Source: a virus
Taxonomy: Duplodnaviria > Caudoviricetes
IMG/VR virus record: IMGVR_UViG_2595698902_000001
Location: 128,001-192,000 of that record
DNA length: 64,000 bases
Reading direction: 5' to 3' (one strand)
Part shown: in pieces, positions 44,551 through 54,359 of the stretch
Position numbering within the stretch: the stretch's first letter is position 1
Layout of the letters: every line of letters starts with the position of its first letter
Translations under genes and position numbers: made by a program
The notes under the pieces: generated by a model
Told to the model about the DNA's origin: nothing
Database searches by the model: none
What the model saw: only the letters and a program-made list of their open reading frames with translations

Positions 44551-45002
44551 TGCTCCACCTTCACCAGAACTTCTGCCGCGTAAACGCCGGTAGTCATGGG
44601 GCCTACCAGCCCGCCGTTATCCGGGTGCGAATCGTAGGTTTCGCCGTTGTAGTAAATAACCGAATGATTTGTGCCGCGAACCGAGGTGCCAGAAAGCATG
44701 ATCGGAACGTCGATTTGAAAACTGAGATATTCCTTCACCACATCCCAGTCACCGACCAGCGTAACGCTAAACAAAACGTAGCCTTGCTCTTTCAGATAGG
44801 CACGCATCCGGTTAATGCAGGCGGCACCTTCAACGTCGGAATATTCCGGCTTGAAAGTCAGGCCTTCCGCAAAGTGCGGAACTTCCTCGACCGTTGGTTT
44901 GCATAGCAGGCTGGCTACCACGGTGCGCATACAATCGCCGTTCTGGTGCGGCGGGTTATGTTTGATAGTTTGTTTGTGGTGAATAAACGGCAGATTTTCC
45001 AT
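44547..45002 (-). CDS. papain/C39-like cysteine peptidase fold protein
   Basis: Q...GDCMRTVVASLL...HSVIY...YD suggests a Cys-His-Asp triad. Confidence 0.45.
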   Translation of the reverse strand: MENLPFIHHKQTIKHNPPHQNGDCMRTVVASLLCKPTVEEVPHFAEGLTFKPEYSDVEGAACINRMRAYLKEQGYVLFSVTLVGDWDVVKEYLSFQIDVPIMLSGTSVRGTNHSVIYYNGETYDSHPDNGGLVGPMTTGVYAAEVLVKVEQ

Positions 45003-45010
45003 GTCAGTTC

Positions 45011-45439
45011 TCACAAGAAATAGTCGGACAAACGCGCTTGGGATTGCGCCATGCACATGCTGATATCGGCAGGGTCTTGCTCGCAGGACTCCAAATATTC
45101 ATCCCACTTCCACCACATGTTATCTACAAACGCTTTCGGACTGCCACGATCCACATAGCGTTTGTTGTAGTCGAATTTCAGGTCGCGCTTCGGGTAGAAA
45201 AGTGCGTATTTCATTCCGGCATCTTGCAGCGCTTTACGCAGCTGCGGCCACGTCGGCACCAGCACAGTAACGCCGGGGATTTTCAATGCTTCGCGGATTT
45301 GCTCCAGATACGGTCCCATGTCGCTTTTGTATTCGGGAAAATCCACGTCCACAAACGCGTAGCTTTGCTGGGCCAGCATGGATTTGCCGGTGCCCGGAAA
45401 TGCGCTAACGATCCGTGTATCGAGCGGCAGCTTTGACAT
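45011..45439 (-). CDS. small P-loop kinase-like protein
   Basis: IVSAFPGTGKS Walker A; 'RYVDRGS'. Confidence 0.65.
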   Translation of the reverse strand: MSKLPLDTRIVSAFPGTGKSMLAQQSYAFVDVDFPEYKSDMGPYLEQIREALKIPGVTVLVPTWPQLRKALQDAGMKYALFYPKRDLKFDYNKRYVDRGSPKAFVDNMWWKWDEYLESCEQDPADISMCMAQSQARLSDYFL

Positions 45440-45440
45440 T

Positions 45441-45851
45441 TTATTTTCCAGTGATCGCATCGTTGAGTTTGATTTCTTCGCCGTCCGCCATTTTGCGGCT
45501 GAACAGTTCCATAGTGTAGCCAACGGTGCCGAACAAATCGGTGCCTGCATATTCCTCGGTATCGCGCACGAATTTATGCGCTTCGTCCTGCACCTCCTCC
45601 CACCAGAACAACCAGCAGCCAGTGGTCCCGGCGTCGATCATGTCGCTGATCTTTTGCAAGGTTTCGCGGGTGTGGTAAGCCTTCGGGTTATTGTGGCCGA
45701 GAATCTTTGCATCGAAATTCACATACGTGTTGAATTCCGGCAGGAAGTTGAAACCGGTATTGGTAAGCCAGCCGTGCTCATTTTCCAGCACTTCCAGCCA
45801 CGAGAAAATGTCACCTTCAAACTGCGAAAAATTCGGTACTTTCGGTTCCAT
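45441..45851 (-). CDS. hypothetical protein
   Basis: Acidic ORF directly downstream of thyA. Confidence 0.65.
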   Translation of the reverse strand: MEPKVPNFSQFEGDIFSWLEVLENEHGWLTNTGFNFLPEFNTYVNFDAKILGHNNPKAYHTRETLQKISDMIDAGTTGCWLFWWEEVQDEAHKFVRDTEEYAGTDLFGTVGYTMELFSRKMADGEEIKLNDAITGK

Positions 45852-45853
45852 TA

Positions 45854-47134
45854 TTAGTTACCTGCGATAGGGGCTTTGATGGTTTCGTAAGATTCGTAGC
45901 CAACCAGATTAACGTCTTCCAGCTGGATATCCAGAATCGAGTTAACCGGACCGCTTTTGATTTCCAGTTTCGGCGATTTGTAGATGATCGGGCGGCTCAG
46001 CTGTTCGCGTACCTGCTCGACGTGGTTGGAATAAATGTGCGCATCGCCGATGGTAATGTGCATATTGCGAGCCTGCAAATCGTGTGCGTGGGCCAGCATT
46101 TCGGTAAGCATTGCGTACTGGGCAACGTTGAACGGCGCGCCCAAGAACATGTCATTGGAACGCATGTACAGCTTGCAATCCAAATAGTATTTTCCGTTCC
46201 CGTTTTTGTTGCTGCTAACGTACCACTGCGCCAGCGTATGGCAGGGCGGCAAACTCATTTCATCCAGCTGCGCAACGTTCCAGCCGGTCAGGATAATGCG
46301 ACGGCCCGCGCTGTGTTTTTCGATTTCGCCATTGTGGAAACGGATTTCGTTTTTGATCGCCTCTTCGACCGCTGCAATCTGGTCAACTTTGCGGCCAATG
46401 GCGATTTCCCAACCGTTAAACATTTTGCCGATAACGGAGTAACCTTTTGCAGCCCAGCCGTCTGGATCGGCACGCCAATCAGCGCTGTCGATAATACGTA
46501 TATCGTCCCATTCGCGCCACTGTTTCCCGTAGATCGGGCCAAGGTCGCCGCCGCTCAGTGCGCGTTCTGGAATGCCCCAGTTATTTAGCTGCAAATCCAG
46601 CTGTGCCCATTGCTCTTCGGTCGCTTTGTCCGTATCCAGAATGAAACCCACACCGGCCTCGATATTTTCAGGCAGCGCGTTTTCATTAACCGTAGACGGC
46701 ACGCCGATATCCCGCAGGAACTGTCGAGCTTTCATGCGTTGGCCGGACGTGCCCAAAAGCATACGCTCTTTTGCGTGCAGTTTTCTGCCTTCGTAAACTT
46801 CGGTGCCCGGTTTTACGTTCTGGTCCCAAATGTTTACGTTGATATCCTTCAACGTTTTCAGATCAGATTTGCCTTCCAGCATCCACTTAATCGTTTCCTT
46901 TTTCATGGTAACGAAGCGCAGAATTTTGGCAGTGATCGCCGGGAAGCCGTCGCGCAAATCCAGCGAGTAATTGACCGAACCGAACACGCTAATGGTTCCA
47001 GTTTTGGTGCGGTCATTGCGCACTTCGCCATGATCCAGAATGTGCTTGAGCACGCCCCGGAATTCAAAATCAAACGTGTTGTCTTCGTAGAAAACACGGT
47101 CCTCTGACGAACGAACCAAACCTGCGTAGAACAT
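45854..47134 (-). CDS. thyA: thymidylate synthase with large insertions
   Basis: DRTKTGT, FPAITAK, LGPIYGKQWR, LPPCH, RSNDMFLGAPFN and GDAHIYSNH motifs. Confidence 0.95.
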   Translation of the reverse strand: MFYAGLVRSSEDRVFYEDNTFDFEFRGVLKHILDHGEVRNDRTKTGTISVFGSVNYSLDLRDGFPAITAKILRFVTMKKETIKWMLEGKSDLKTLKDINVNIWDQNVKPGTEVYEGRKLHAKERMLLGTSGQRMKARQFLRDIGVPSTVNENALPENIEAGVGFILDTDKATEEQWAQLDLQLNNWGIPERALSGGDLGPIYGKQWREWDDIRIIDSADWRADPDGWAAKGYSVIGKMFNGWEIAIGRKVDQIAAVEEAIKNEIRFHNGEIEKHSAGRRIILTGWNVAQLDEMSLPPCHTLAQWYVSSNKNGNGKYYLDCKLYMRSNDMFLGAPFNVAQYAMLTEMLAHAHDLQARNMHITIGDAHIYSNHVEQVREQLSRPIIYKSPKLEIKSGPVNSILDIQLEDVNLVGYESYETIKAPIAGN

Positions 47135-47183
47135 GTTAATGCCTCATTTACGTGGATTAAACAGGATAAATCACTGCATTGGT

Positions 47184-47213
47184 TAATTTATCGGTATATC
47201 ACATATTTACAGT
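47184..47213. promoter_or_regulatory. divergent promoter region: TAATTT (+, baseplate operon) and ACTGTAAAT (-, thyA operon)
   Basis: Both recurring motifs lie in one short intergenic gap, each on the strand of its operon. Confidence 0.55.
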
Positions 47214-47228
47214 ATTGGAGTGCCTGCG

Positions 47229-47522
47229 ATGGGTATGCCCAACATTCGACTAAAGATCGACAAATCCACTGGTCACGGCTGTTTCCCGCCGTCGCTGCCG
47301 GTCGCTGCGTCGATGAACGTTTTCTGCAATGGAATTCCAGAGGTGCGGGTAGGCGATGCGTACATGACGCACTGTTGCCCGTCGAAAGGTTGCCACCAAG
47401 GCACAGCATTAACCGGTGCCACAAAAACATTCACAAATGGCCGACTTGTTCACACTGCTGGCGGCGCAATTGACTGCGGCGACGTGGCGTCCAATGGTAG
47501 CCCAAACGTCTTTTCGGGGTAA
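47229..47522 (+). CDS. PAAR-like spike tip protein (T4 gp5.4-like)
   Basis: STGHGCFPP...NVFCNG...RVGD...HCC...H...TFTNG...DCG...GSPNVF. Confidence 0.9.
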   Translation: MGMPNIRLKIDKSTGHGCFPPSLPVAASMNVFCNGIPEVRVGDAYMTHCCPSKGCHQGTALTGATKTFTNGRLVHTAGGAIDCGDVASNGSPNVFSG

Positions 47523-47525
47523 CAA

Positions 47526-47915
47526 ATGGTAGAGCGTTCGACGTATCTTTTTTCAGACATTAGCCTAGAGCCAAACCAAACCCAAAGCGCGCTGGTCTAC
47601 GACACCGATGCAATCAATCAAAACCTTTTGATGATTTTCCTGTCGCCTCCGCGTACTGCATGGTTTGATCCCATGATCGGCTCGCTGATCCTCACATTCC
47701 TTTTCGATCCGGTGGATGATTTTCAGGCGGATAAAATTCGCGACGAAATTATGTCGGTACTCCCACGCAATGGCGAAACACGGGTGATCATTACCGGCTG
47801 TGTGGTGGCTCCAATCCCCGACGATCAAATCTACTACGTGAGCATTCAATACGACGTTCCGCAGCTGAATGCCAAGGACGTTGTTTTCAATTTTAACTTG
47901 GGCAGAAACCTATGA
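47526..47915 (+). CDS. baseplate wedge protein, gp25-like
   Basis: 'AINQNL..I...P...GS....LFDP...ETRV'. Confidence 0.85.
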   Translation: MVERSTYLFSDISLEPNQTQSALVYDTDAINQNLLMIFLSPPRTAWFDPMIGSLILTFLFDPVDDFQADKIRDEIMSVLPRNGETRVIITGCVVAPIPDDQIYYVSIQYDVPQLNAKDVVFNFNLGRNL

Positions 47916-49369
47916 CGGACCGTTTCGATTTTCCTACTTCCATCACGGACATTGACGAGGCCGTTGGTTTCTTCCGCGAAAAGCTGAAAGAAACCGGTAC
48001 TTGGGATGACATGTTGCCCACCAACGTCGGCGCATTTATCACACGTATTTTTGGTGGTATGTCGGTAAGCCACCAGCATTCGATTTTGATGGGTGCGCGG
48101 AACGCCTATTTCAAAACCGCAAATCGCGATTCGTCGGTTTACGCACTGACTCGCGGCCAAGGCGTTTTCATTGAACGTCGCAATGGCGCCAGCGCAACTG
48201 TGCGTATGCGTAACGGTGCAAATTCCGCTGTTTTTGTTGCGCCTTACCGCCAGCATTTCGTGGACAAAGTTCCGTTCTACAATCCGCAACAATACTACGT
48301 GATCGCCGGGGAAACTCAGGACGTTATCCTTACCCAAGGTCTGGTGAAAACCAAAACGTTCGACCTCGACACAATCACCAATTTGCAGTTGCATGAATTC
48401 CTGCTGGACGAACCGGGCTTTAACGTTAGCAATGATTTGTACGTTTACACCACGGACAAAAACACCGGTAATACCCAGCTTTGGGAAGCCACTGATCGCG
48501 GCATGTTTGAGCACACTGCTGACGACCGTGTTTATTACCACATGACCACGGCTAACGGTGACGCTTCGTTGGTATTTGGAACGGGTGAATACGGCGCACG
48601 CTTGCCTGCCCGTGCAACCATGACCGTTCGTTACGTTGTAAACGAAGGCACGCGTCACAATTCTATGCTGCCGGGTGTGCGTTCGGTCTATTCGGAAAAC
48701 CCACTTATTCAAGGCGAAACGCTGGAAACTACAGCGGGCGGTGCTGATCCAAAAGAGGCGTCTTTTTATCGCCAATATTCTCCCGTGCTTTATCGCTCGC
48801 GGGATAAGTGGATTAGTCAGGAAGAAATCAAAGCGGGCGTGCGTTCTTATCCGGGCGTTGCGGACTGTGCGGTACTGGGCCAGCGTGATATTGCCCCTGA
48901 TGATAAAACGTGGATGAACACAATTCGGATTTGTGTGCTGCCCGTGAATACCGATACTTGGGGCGGTGGCGATATCAACCCGAAGTCGGCCAGCTGGCAA
49001 CAATTCCTGAAATGGCTTATGCCACATTTGCACGGCTCCATAGAAGTGCAGACGTGGAATCCGACCAAGGTATTTATCAAGGTTCACGTTGCCGTTGCGC
49101 TCTTCGAGTGGGCAGCAAACGACAGCGATAAAATTAAACAGACGATCAATGAAAACATCCTAAAGCTTTTCCGCAAACGGCCCGATATTCTCAACCGTCG
49201 CGTGTCCCGTTCGGATATTGAAAAAGCTTGCCGGGTGAATGGCGTAGACTATATCGAAGTGCTTAGCCCGCTTGAGCGTTCAATCGTTTTGAACGACCCG
49301 ACTTCGTATTGTGTGCTGGCAGAAACGCCGCTCATTGATATCACACTTTCGGAACGCGTAGATGAATAA
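47912..49369 (+). CDS. baseplate wedge protein, gp6-like
   Basis: 'TANRDSSVY', 'LVFGTGEYGARLP', 'GGADP' and 'YPGV' motifs; follows gp25. Confidence 0.8.
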   Translation: MTDRFDFPTSITDIDEAVGFFREKLKETGTWDDMLPTNVGAFITRIFGGMSVSHQHSILMGARNAYFKTANRDSSVYALTRGQGVFIERRNGASATVRMRNGANSAVFVAPYRQHFVDKVPFYNPQQYYVIAGETQDVILTQGLVKTKTFDLDTITNLQLHEFLLDEPGFNVSNDLYVYTTDKNTGNTQLWEATDRGMFEHTADDRVYYHMTTANGDASLVFGTGEYGARLPARATMTVRYVVNEGTRHNSMLPGVRSVYSENPLIQGETLETTAGGADPKEASFYRQYSPVLYRSRDKWISQEEIKAGVRSYPGVADCAVLGQRDIAPDDKTWMNTIRICVLPVNTDTWGGGDINPKSASWQQFLKWLMPHLHGSIEVQTWNPTKVFIKVHVAVALFEWAANDSDKIKQTINENILKLFRKRPDILNRRVSRSDIEKACRVNGVDYIEVLSPLERSIVLNDPTSYCVLAETPLIDITLSERVDE

Positions 49370-52300
49370 GATCGACTTTTCCAGTCTTGACTTTGAATTC
49401 ATCAGGAACGAGCCTATTTGGGGTTCGTTCCTTGAGGCTTTGCAGGAATTCTACACGGAACAAGTGCGGGAACCACTGTCGCAATTGCAGGAAATTCGCG
49501 ACCTGAAAGCGACCACGCCTTTAGTATTCGTAAAGCAGGCGCTTAACGACCTCGGGATTACCCTTCCGCCCGACATGATTGTCGATCCTGAGCGCCTGTA
49601 CAATTCGGTTTATATGCTGCCTTTGATGCACCAGCAATTAGGCCGGGAATCTGCATACAGAATGATTGCGTATATTCTCGGTCGCCGGGTGACTGTTTAC
49701 CCGCTATACACCGAGGATTATGCAACGTTTTATGAGGAACCGCTGGGCGCCCTGCGAATCGACGGCGGTACGTGGTACAAAACCACGCATATCAATCTGG
49801 AAATGCAGAAAGTTCCAGCCGACCAGAATATCAAACTCCCTACAGGCACAACGCTGAAAGATCGATTCTTGTCAGCGTTTTTTTCGTTGGCGCCAATCAA
49901 TCTGGTTATCGATCAATTCTTTTTCAGCATTGAAGTCGAAAACACAGAAGACCTCGGGCTTACCGGTGTGGTTTATCGCCAGCCGGTGCGCCGCCTGATT
50001 TGTGACGCTGATTACAGCCTAGACAACGCGGTATTTACGCTGGATGGACCGGACGAAGTTTATACCGGTTTTTCTGCATCGTATGTGCTGCGCGCAAAAG
50101 GCCAAGTGTTTGAATCGAATAGCTGGACTTCTACGCACCCCGGCAACGTTTCCATTAGCCAAGGGCACGCTACGTTCTCCGGTTTCACACAGGATACGCT
50201 GGTAACAATTAGCGCCACCATTCGCGGCCAGACTGTCACCAAAGACATTAACGTGCGTCTCGGTATGCAGGATATTCGCCGATTGGAAATTGTCGGCCCG
50301 GATGAAATCTCTAGCGAACAAACTGGTGATTACACGGTTATCGCGTACCACAGCGAAGGCGCCGATCAACTCACGGTAGACCTGAGCGTTTTGAGTCCGT
50401 ATGCGTATTTTGCGGGCGGTACGCTGCACACGCGCCATATGCGAGAAGATCAAACCGTAACGATTCACTGCAAAACCACAATCAACTCGATTCCGTATAC
50501 CGCTGCCAAGAAAGTAAAACTGAAATACATTGATCCTAATGTGCATTTGGTTGGCCTGACGGTTAGCGGTTCCGACCGGATGAAAGAAGGTACGCAACAT
50601 CAGCTGTACTCGACCGCGCATTTCTCTGACGGTTCGACTATGGATGTTTTGTCGCGTTGGGCCTCCAGTAGTCCTGCGGTAGTCGTGGAAAATGGATTGG
50701 CTTCGACAATGCTGGTGGCCGGGGAAACCAATGTAGAAATCACCGCTGAATTTGGTTTCCGCAATCTCGTTATGCGAGCCGATCATGCGGCGGTTGTTTA
50801 TCCTGAATTCGTGGGAGTCGCCGCACTCAACATTCTCGGCCCAGCCCGCGTAACAGAAAACACCAAAGCATCGTATACCTGCATGGCGGTAATGACAGAT
50901 GGTTCCAGCACGCTTGTAACGCCGGAATGGTTTACCAATCAGTTTTATATCACTGATACTGGCAACCTCCACGCGGGCCTGATCAACCAGCCGGAAATCG
51001 ATGCAGAAGTTCGCGCCAGTTATGGTGGGATTTATGCTGCTCTGCCTATCACAATTGCGCGTCCTGTAACCATGCTGGAATCCCTGATTATTCTCGGTTC
51101 CGATTCGATTAAAGAAGGCGACGTAAACCGGTACATTGCCTACGCACAATACACCGACGGACGTGTGCTGAAAATCGAACCAGAATGGAGCGTAACGCCC
51201 GAAACCGACTGGGCCACGATTATCAATGGTGAATTGATTATCGACAAACCAGAAGACGGCCTGATTAGCATCCAGATTACCTATGAGGAAGACGGGCAAA
51301 CTTACACGCAAAACAAAACGATTGTTTGTGTGAGCGCCACCAACTCTTTGACCGGTCTGATCATCACCGGGCCTAATTCGGTAAACGCGCTGGATCGGGT
51401 AATTCTCACGGCGACCGCTGTTTACGAGGACGGCAGCTTTGCCAGCGTTAACCCGAAATGGGAAGTTTACACGCTCGATGCAAACGCGGAATTTATTGCT
51501 GCGGATGTTGCTGGTTATGGTGTGGTGACGGGTCGTAACGTCGATTTCGATATGGACGTTATTGTGCGGGCCACATATTTCCGCGAAGTCGCGGAATATC
51601 CAATGACCGTTAAATACATTCCAACCCTCGGCCCTGATGTTCCGGTTAGCTCGCGTATCATTGGCAACGCGGTTATTTATTCGACGCAGGTTGCTTCTTT
51701 CTCGCAGGCTATCCTGTTTGAAAACTGCCCGAACGAGCTGCTTGTTTCTTCTGATTGGGCGGTCGATAACCCAAACATTACCGTGGATGAAAACGGGTTT
51801 GTTACATGCAAACTAAACGTTGATATGACGTTCACCATTACCGCGACGTGGAATTGCGGCGGGCGTATCGTTATTGATTCGATGGCGGTTACTGTTGTGC
51901 CAATCGATGCCGCCTATACCGGCCTTGGGATTCGCGGCCCCGACACAATACAAATCGGAGTAAAAGAACGCTATTCGGCGGAAGCCTACACGCCCGACAC
52001 CGGCAACGAAGAAGGCAAAGGTTTACCGATTACTCCGAACTGGGAAATCCTTTCCGATTCGCTGAATCTGGTTGTACTTGCGGATGGTTCGCTGCTGGTG
52101 CAAAACAGCGTAGTAAATCAGGTTATTACGCTGGCTGCGAATTTCACCTACGAAAACACGCTGGTTGAAGCGACAAAAACCATTCGTGTTCTCGGCTCCG
52201 GTCCTGTGTACTGTGTAGGCCAACCGGAAACGGTCGATTATGAATCGCTGTTCCCGCTAAGCCTGATGATTTCGGAATCTGCTTTCCGCGATGATGTGCA

Positions 52301-52520
52301 GGGATACGGGTACATGATGGTTCCGGCGGTGTTCGGCTACGTCACATTCTACGACGCAACGAATAATCAAATTTCGCCAGACTGGGCTGGGCCTGATGGT
52401 TCCAATACGCCAGCCGTGCATAAACACATGCAAAACGGTGTGGAAACTACATGGTACGTTTACCGAACCATTAGTGCCGACCTCGGCCAGCGTTCCTACC
52501 GCATTGCGTTTAACGTGTGA
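49362..52520 (+). CDS. baseplate wedge protein (gp7-like N-terminus) with tandem Ig-like repeats
   Basis: Repeated 'L.I.GP..V......Y.A.A.Y.DG.....V...W' units. Confidence 0.7.
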   Translation: MNKIDFSSLDFEFIRNEPIWGSFLEALQEFYTEQVREPLSQLQEIRDLKATTPLVFVKQALNDLGITLPPDMIVDPERLYNSVYMLPLMHQQLGRESAYRMIAYILGRRVTVYPLYTEDYATFYEEPLGALRIDGGTWYKTTHINLEMQKVPADQNIKLPTGTTLKDRFLSAFFSLAPINLVIDQFFFSIEVENTEDLGLTGVVYRQPVRRLICDADYSLDNAVFTLDGPDEVYTGFSASYVLRAKGQVFESNSWTSTHPGNVSISQGHATFSGFTQDTLVTISATIRGQTVTKDINVRLGMQDIRRLEIVGPDEISSEQTGDYTVIAYHSEGADQLTVDLSVLSPYAYFAGGTLHTRHMREDQTVTIHCKTTINSIPYTAAKKVKLKYIDPNVHLVGLTVSGSDRMKEGTQHQLYSTAHFSDGSTMDVLSRWASSSPAVVVENGLASTMLVAGETNVEITAEFGFRNLVMRADHAAVVYPEFVGVAALNILGPARVTENTKASYTCMAVMTDGSSTLVTPEWFTNQFYITDTGNLHAGLINQPEIDAEVRASYGGIYAALPITIARPVTMLESLIILGSDSIKEGDVNRYIAYAQYTDGRVLKIEPEWSVTPETDWATIINGELIIDKPEDGLISIQITYEEDGQTYTQNKTIVCVSATNSLTGLIITGPNSVNALDRVILTATAVYEDGSFASVNPKWEVYTLDANAEFIAADVAGYGVVTGRNVDFDMDVIVRATYFREVAEYPMTVKYIPTLGPDVPVSSRIIGNAVIYSTQVASFSQAILFENCPNELLVSSDWAVDNPNITVDENGFVTCKLNVDMTFTITATWNCGGRIVIDSMAVTVVPIDAAYTGLGIRGPDTIQIGVKERYSAEAYTPDTGNEEGKGLPITPNWEILSDSLNLVVLADGSLLVQNSVVNQVITLAANFTYENTLVEATKTIRVLGSGPVYCVGQPETVDYESLFPLSLMISESAFRDDVQGYGYMMVPAVFGYVTFYDATNNQISPDWAGPDGSNTPAVHKHMQNGVETTWYVYRTISADLGQRSYRIAFNV

Positions 52521-52527
52521 GAAATCT

Positions 52528-54051
52528 ATGATTGCACTGACTCCAAACCTGCGGTTAATTAAACCGCTTTCGCGTTATATGGAGCTGCGCATTCGGATGT
52601 ACGGGCGACAAAGGATCGCCCGTTCTTTCGAGTCAAATCGCTCTAATCAATCCTCCGTTGTTTTACCGTTTACTCCGTATAGCCCTGATAAAGTCGAGGT
52701 TTACCTTGATGAAGTGCGCATGGTGGGAGGCTATACGATTGCAGGAAAAACCGTAACGTTTACGCCAACTGTTAGTGGTAAACTGCTGTTTATCGAAGAC
52801 GACGATTTTCCCAACATGAATGACAAATGGCTGGTTATTCCTACGCCGTCGCTTTTGCATTCTGACGACACAAAGGAAGCTGGTTACGGCACCGACCGCC
52901 GCACCGGCCCGCTCATTGCAACCAAAGCAAAACCTATCTGCATTACCCAAGGCGTATTAGGTTTTTGTCGCCCCAGTGCAGACGGTGATCAACTGCTATA
53001 CTGCCCGTACTACGGTATTTACGGACGCGATTCGATTACCTACGCAATCAAATCGGATTTGGGCCAACTCTCCGACTACCGCTGTATTGATATTCGCGTG
53101 CGTGACCCGAACTATATTCCGACCGTGCGTTTGTGTGCCCTGAGTATGACCTCATCGCCTGTGAAATCAGACGGTGTGGTTTACGACATTACCCCGGATG
53201 GTTTTTGGCAGATTTATGGGGAAATCCGTACCGGCGCCAACATCCAATTGCCTAACATCGTTAACGAAACTCTGCGCGAATTCCATTTCGTTATTCAAGG
53301 TGCGGATGAAAATGGCGATTGGTTTGAATTGTCTGAATATTTCGATCCAGAAGATTACAATCTAAACGTTATTGGCGCCATTGGTACGACCGTAACCTAC
53401 GTGGGACCGGCAGACGCATACGGCCACCCTAACGCGGTGCTGATTTCGTTAATGTGCGATTTGAAAGGATCGCAGGCCACAGTAAACCTGACCATTAATG
53501 GAAATCAATCGCTATTCAGTGGGCGTATTTATAGCAATGGTGTTACTGCGCTGGATACGTTGAAGCCTGTTATTGAAAACGAAAGCGTTTCGCTTAATCC
53601 GGGCGTGGCTGAGCCTGATCAAGTGCTTTCGTGGGCGTATAATCCAACGTGGATTTCTGAGAATGGGATTAGCCTCGGTACGACGTGGACAAACTCCGTA
53701 AACGAAACGCGAAATGCAGCAGCCACCATTGCAGCCGATGTTTCGCTGCCTGTGCTTTATGATCCAGTTGCAAAAGCAGATAAAACGTTTACGTTTGCTG
53801 TTAACGGAACGCATAACGGTTCGTTTACTACCGCAGAAGACCCGTCAGAAAACGTCGTGGTTATGCCAGAAAACTTTACCGTTACGACCGGCGATGACAA
53901 GTATTACTGGCAGAATTCCGATCCGTTTAGTGCAGTGTATTCCGGCGTTAAAGAATTCCCGGTTGCATTCAATTGGGATATCTCTCCATACGTTCCGCCA
54001 CCGCCGGAACCCGAGCCGGAACCGGAACCAACACCGCCTGAAAACCCATAG
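52528..54051 (+). CDS. virion structural protein with Pro/Glu tail
   Basis: Beta-rich; ends PPPPEPEPEPEPTPPENP. Confidence 0.65.
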   Translation: MIALTPNLRLIKPLSRYMELRIRMYGRQRIARSFESNRSNQSSVVLPFTPYSPDKVEVYLDEVRMVGGYTIAGKTVTFTPTVSGKLLFIEDDDFPNMNDKWLVIPTPSLLHSDDTKEAGYGTDRRTGPLIATKAKPICITQGVLGFCRPSADGDQLLYCPYYGIYGRDSITYAIKSDLGQLSDYRCIDIRVRDPNYIPTVRLCALSMTSSPVKSDGVVYDITPDGFWQIYGEIRTGANIQLPNIVNETLREFHFVIQGADENGDWFELSEYFDPEDYNLNVIGAIGTTVTYVGPADAYGHPNAVLISLMCDLKGSQATVNLTINGNQSLFSGRIYSNGVTALDTLKPVIENESVSLNPGVAEPDQVLSWAYNPTWISENGISLGTTWTNSVNETRNAAATIAADVSLPVLYDPVAKADKTFTFAVNGTHNGSFTTAEDPSENVVVMPENFTVTTGDDKYYWQNSDPFSAVYSGVKEFPVAFNWDISPYVPPPPEPEPEPEPTPPENP

Positions 54052-54068
54052 AAATAGTTTAAAAGCCT

Positions 54069-54108
54069 TAATTTAACCCTAACAAAGCCCACTTAATTGC
54101 GGGCTTTC
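54069..54108 (+). promoter_or_regulatory. TAATTT motif plus hairpin
   Basis: TAATTT followed by AAAGCCC...GGGCTTT. Confidence 0.5.
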
Positions 54109-54130
54109 CTATTTCTAGGGAGACTCAAAA

Positions 54131-54355
54131 ATGCGTGATATCGTCAATCCCCTCCAGCTGCTGGAACAGATCGCCACGGCCTCCGCTGCCGAAAAAGCTG
54201 AGCAGGCAGAAACTTTGGCTACCGCGTCCGCACTGACCAACATGAATCCCTCCATTTGCCCTAAGTGCGGCGTGACAATGGGTAAGGCATTTTTGTTTGA
54301 TCGTACCCAAGTTTTCTACTGCGACGTTGATCGCGTAACGCAGCCAATGGAATAA
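54131..54355 (+). CDS. small Zn-ribbon protein with two ATASA motifs
   Basis: IATASA, LATASA; CPKC...YCD. Confidence 0.65.
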   Translation: MRDIVNPLQLLEQIATASAAEKAEQAETLATASALTNMNPSICPKCGVTMGKAFLFDRTQVFYCDVDRVTQPME

Positions 54356-54359
54356 CAAA

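Noticed and set aside
45854-47134. ThyA homologue as a dCMP hydroxymethylase (modified-base system)
   Set aside because: It retains the dUMP-specifying Asn (PFN), and no glycosyltransferase or related modification genes lie in the window.
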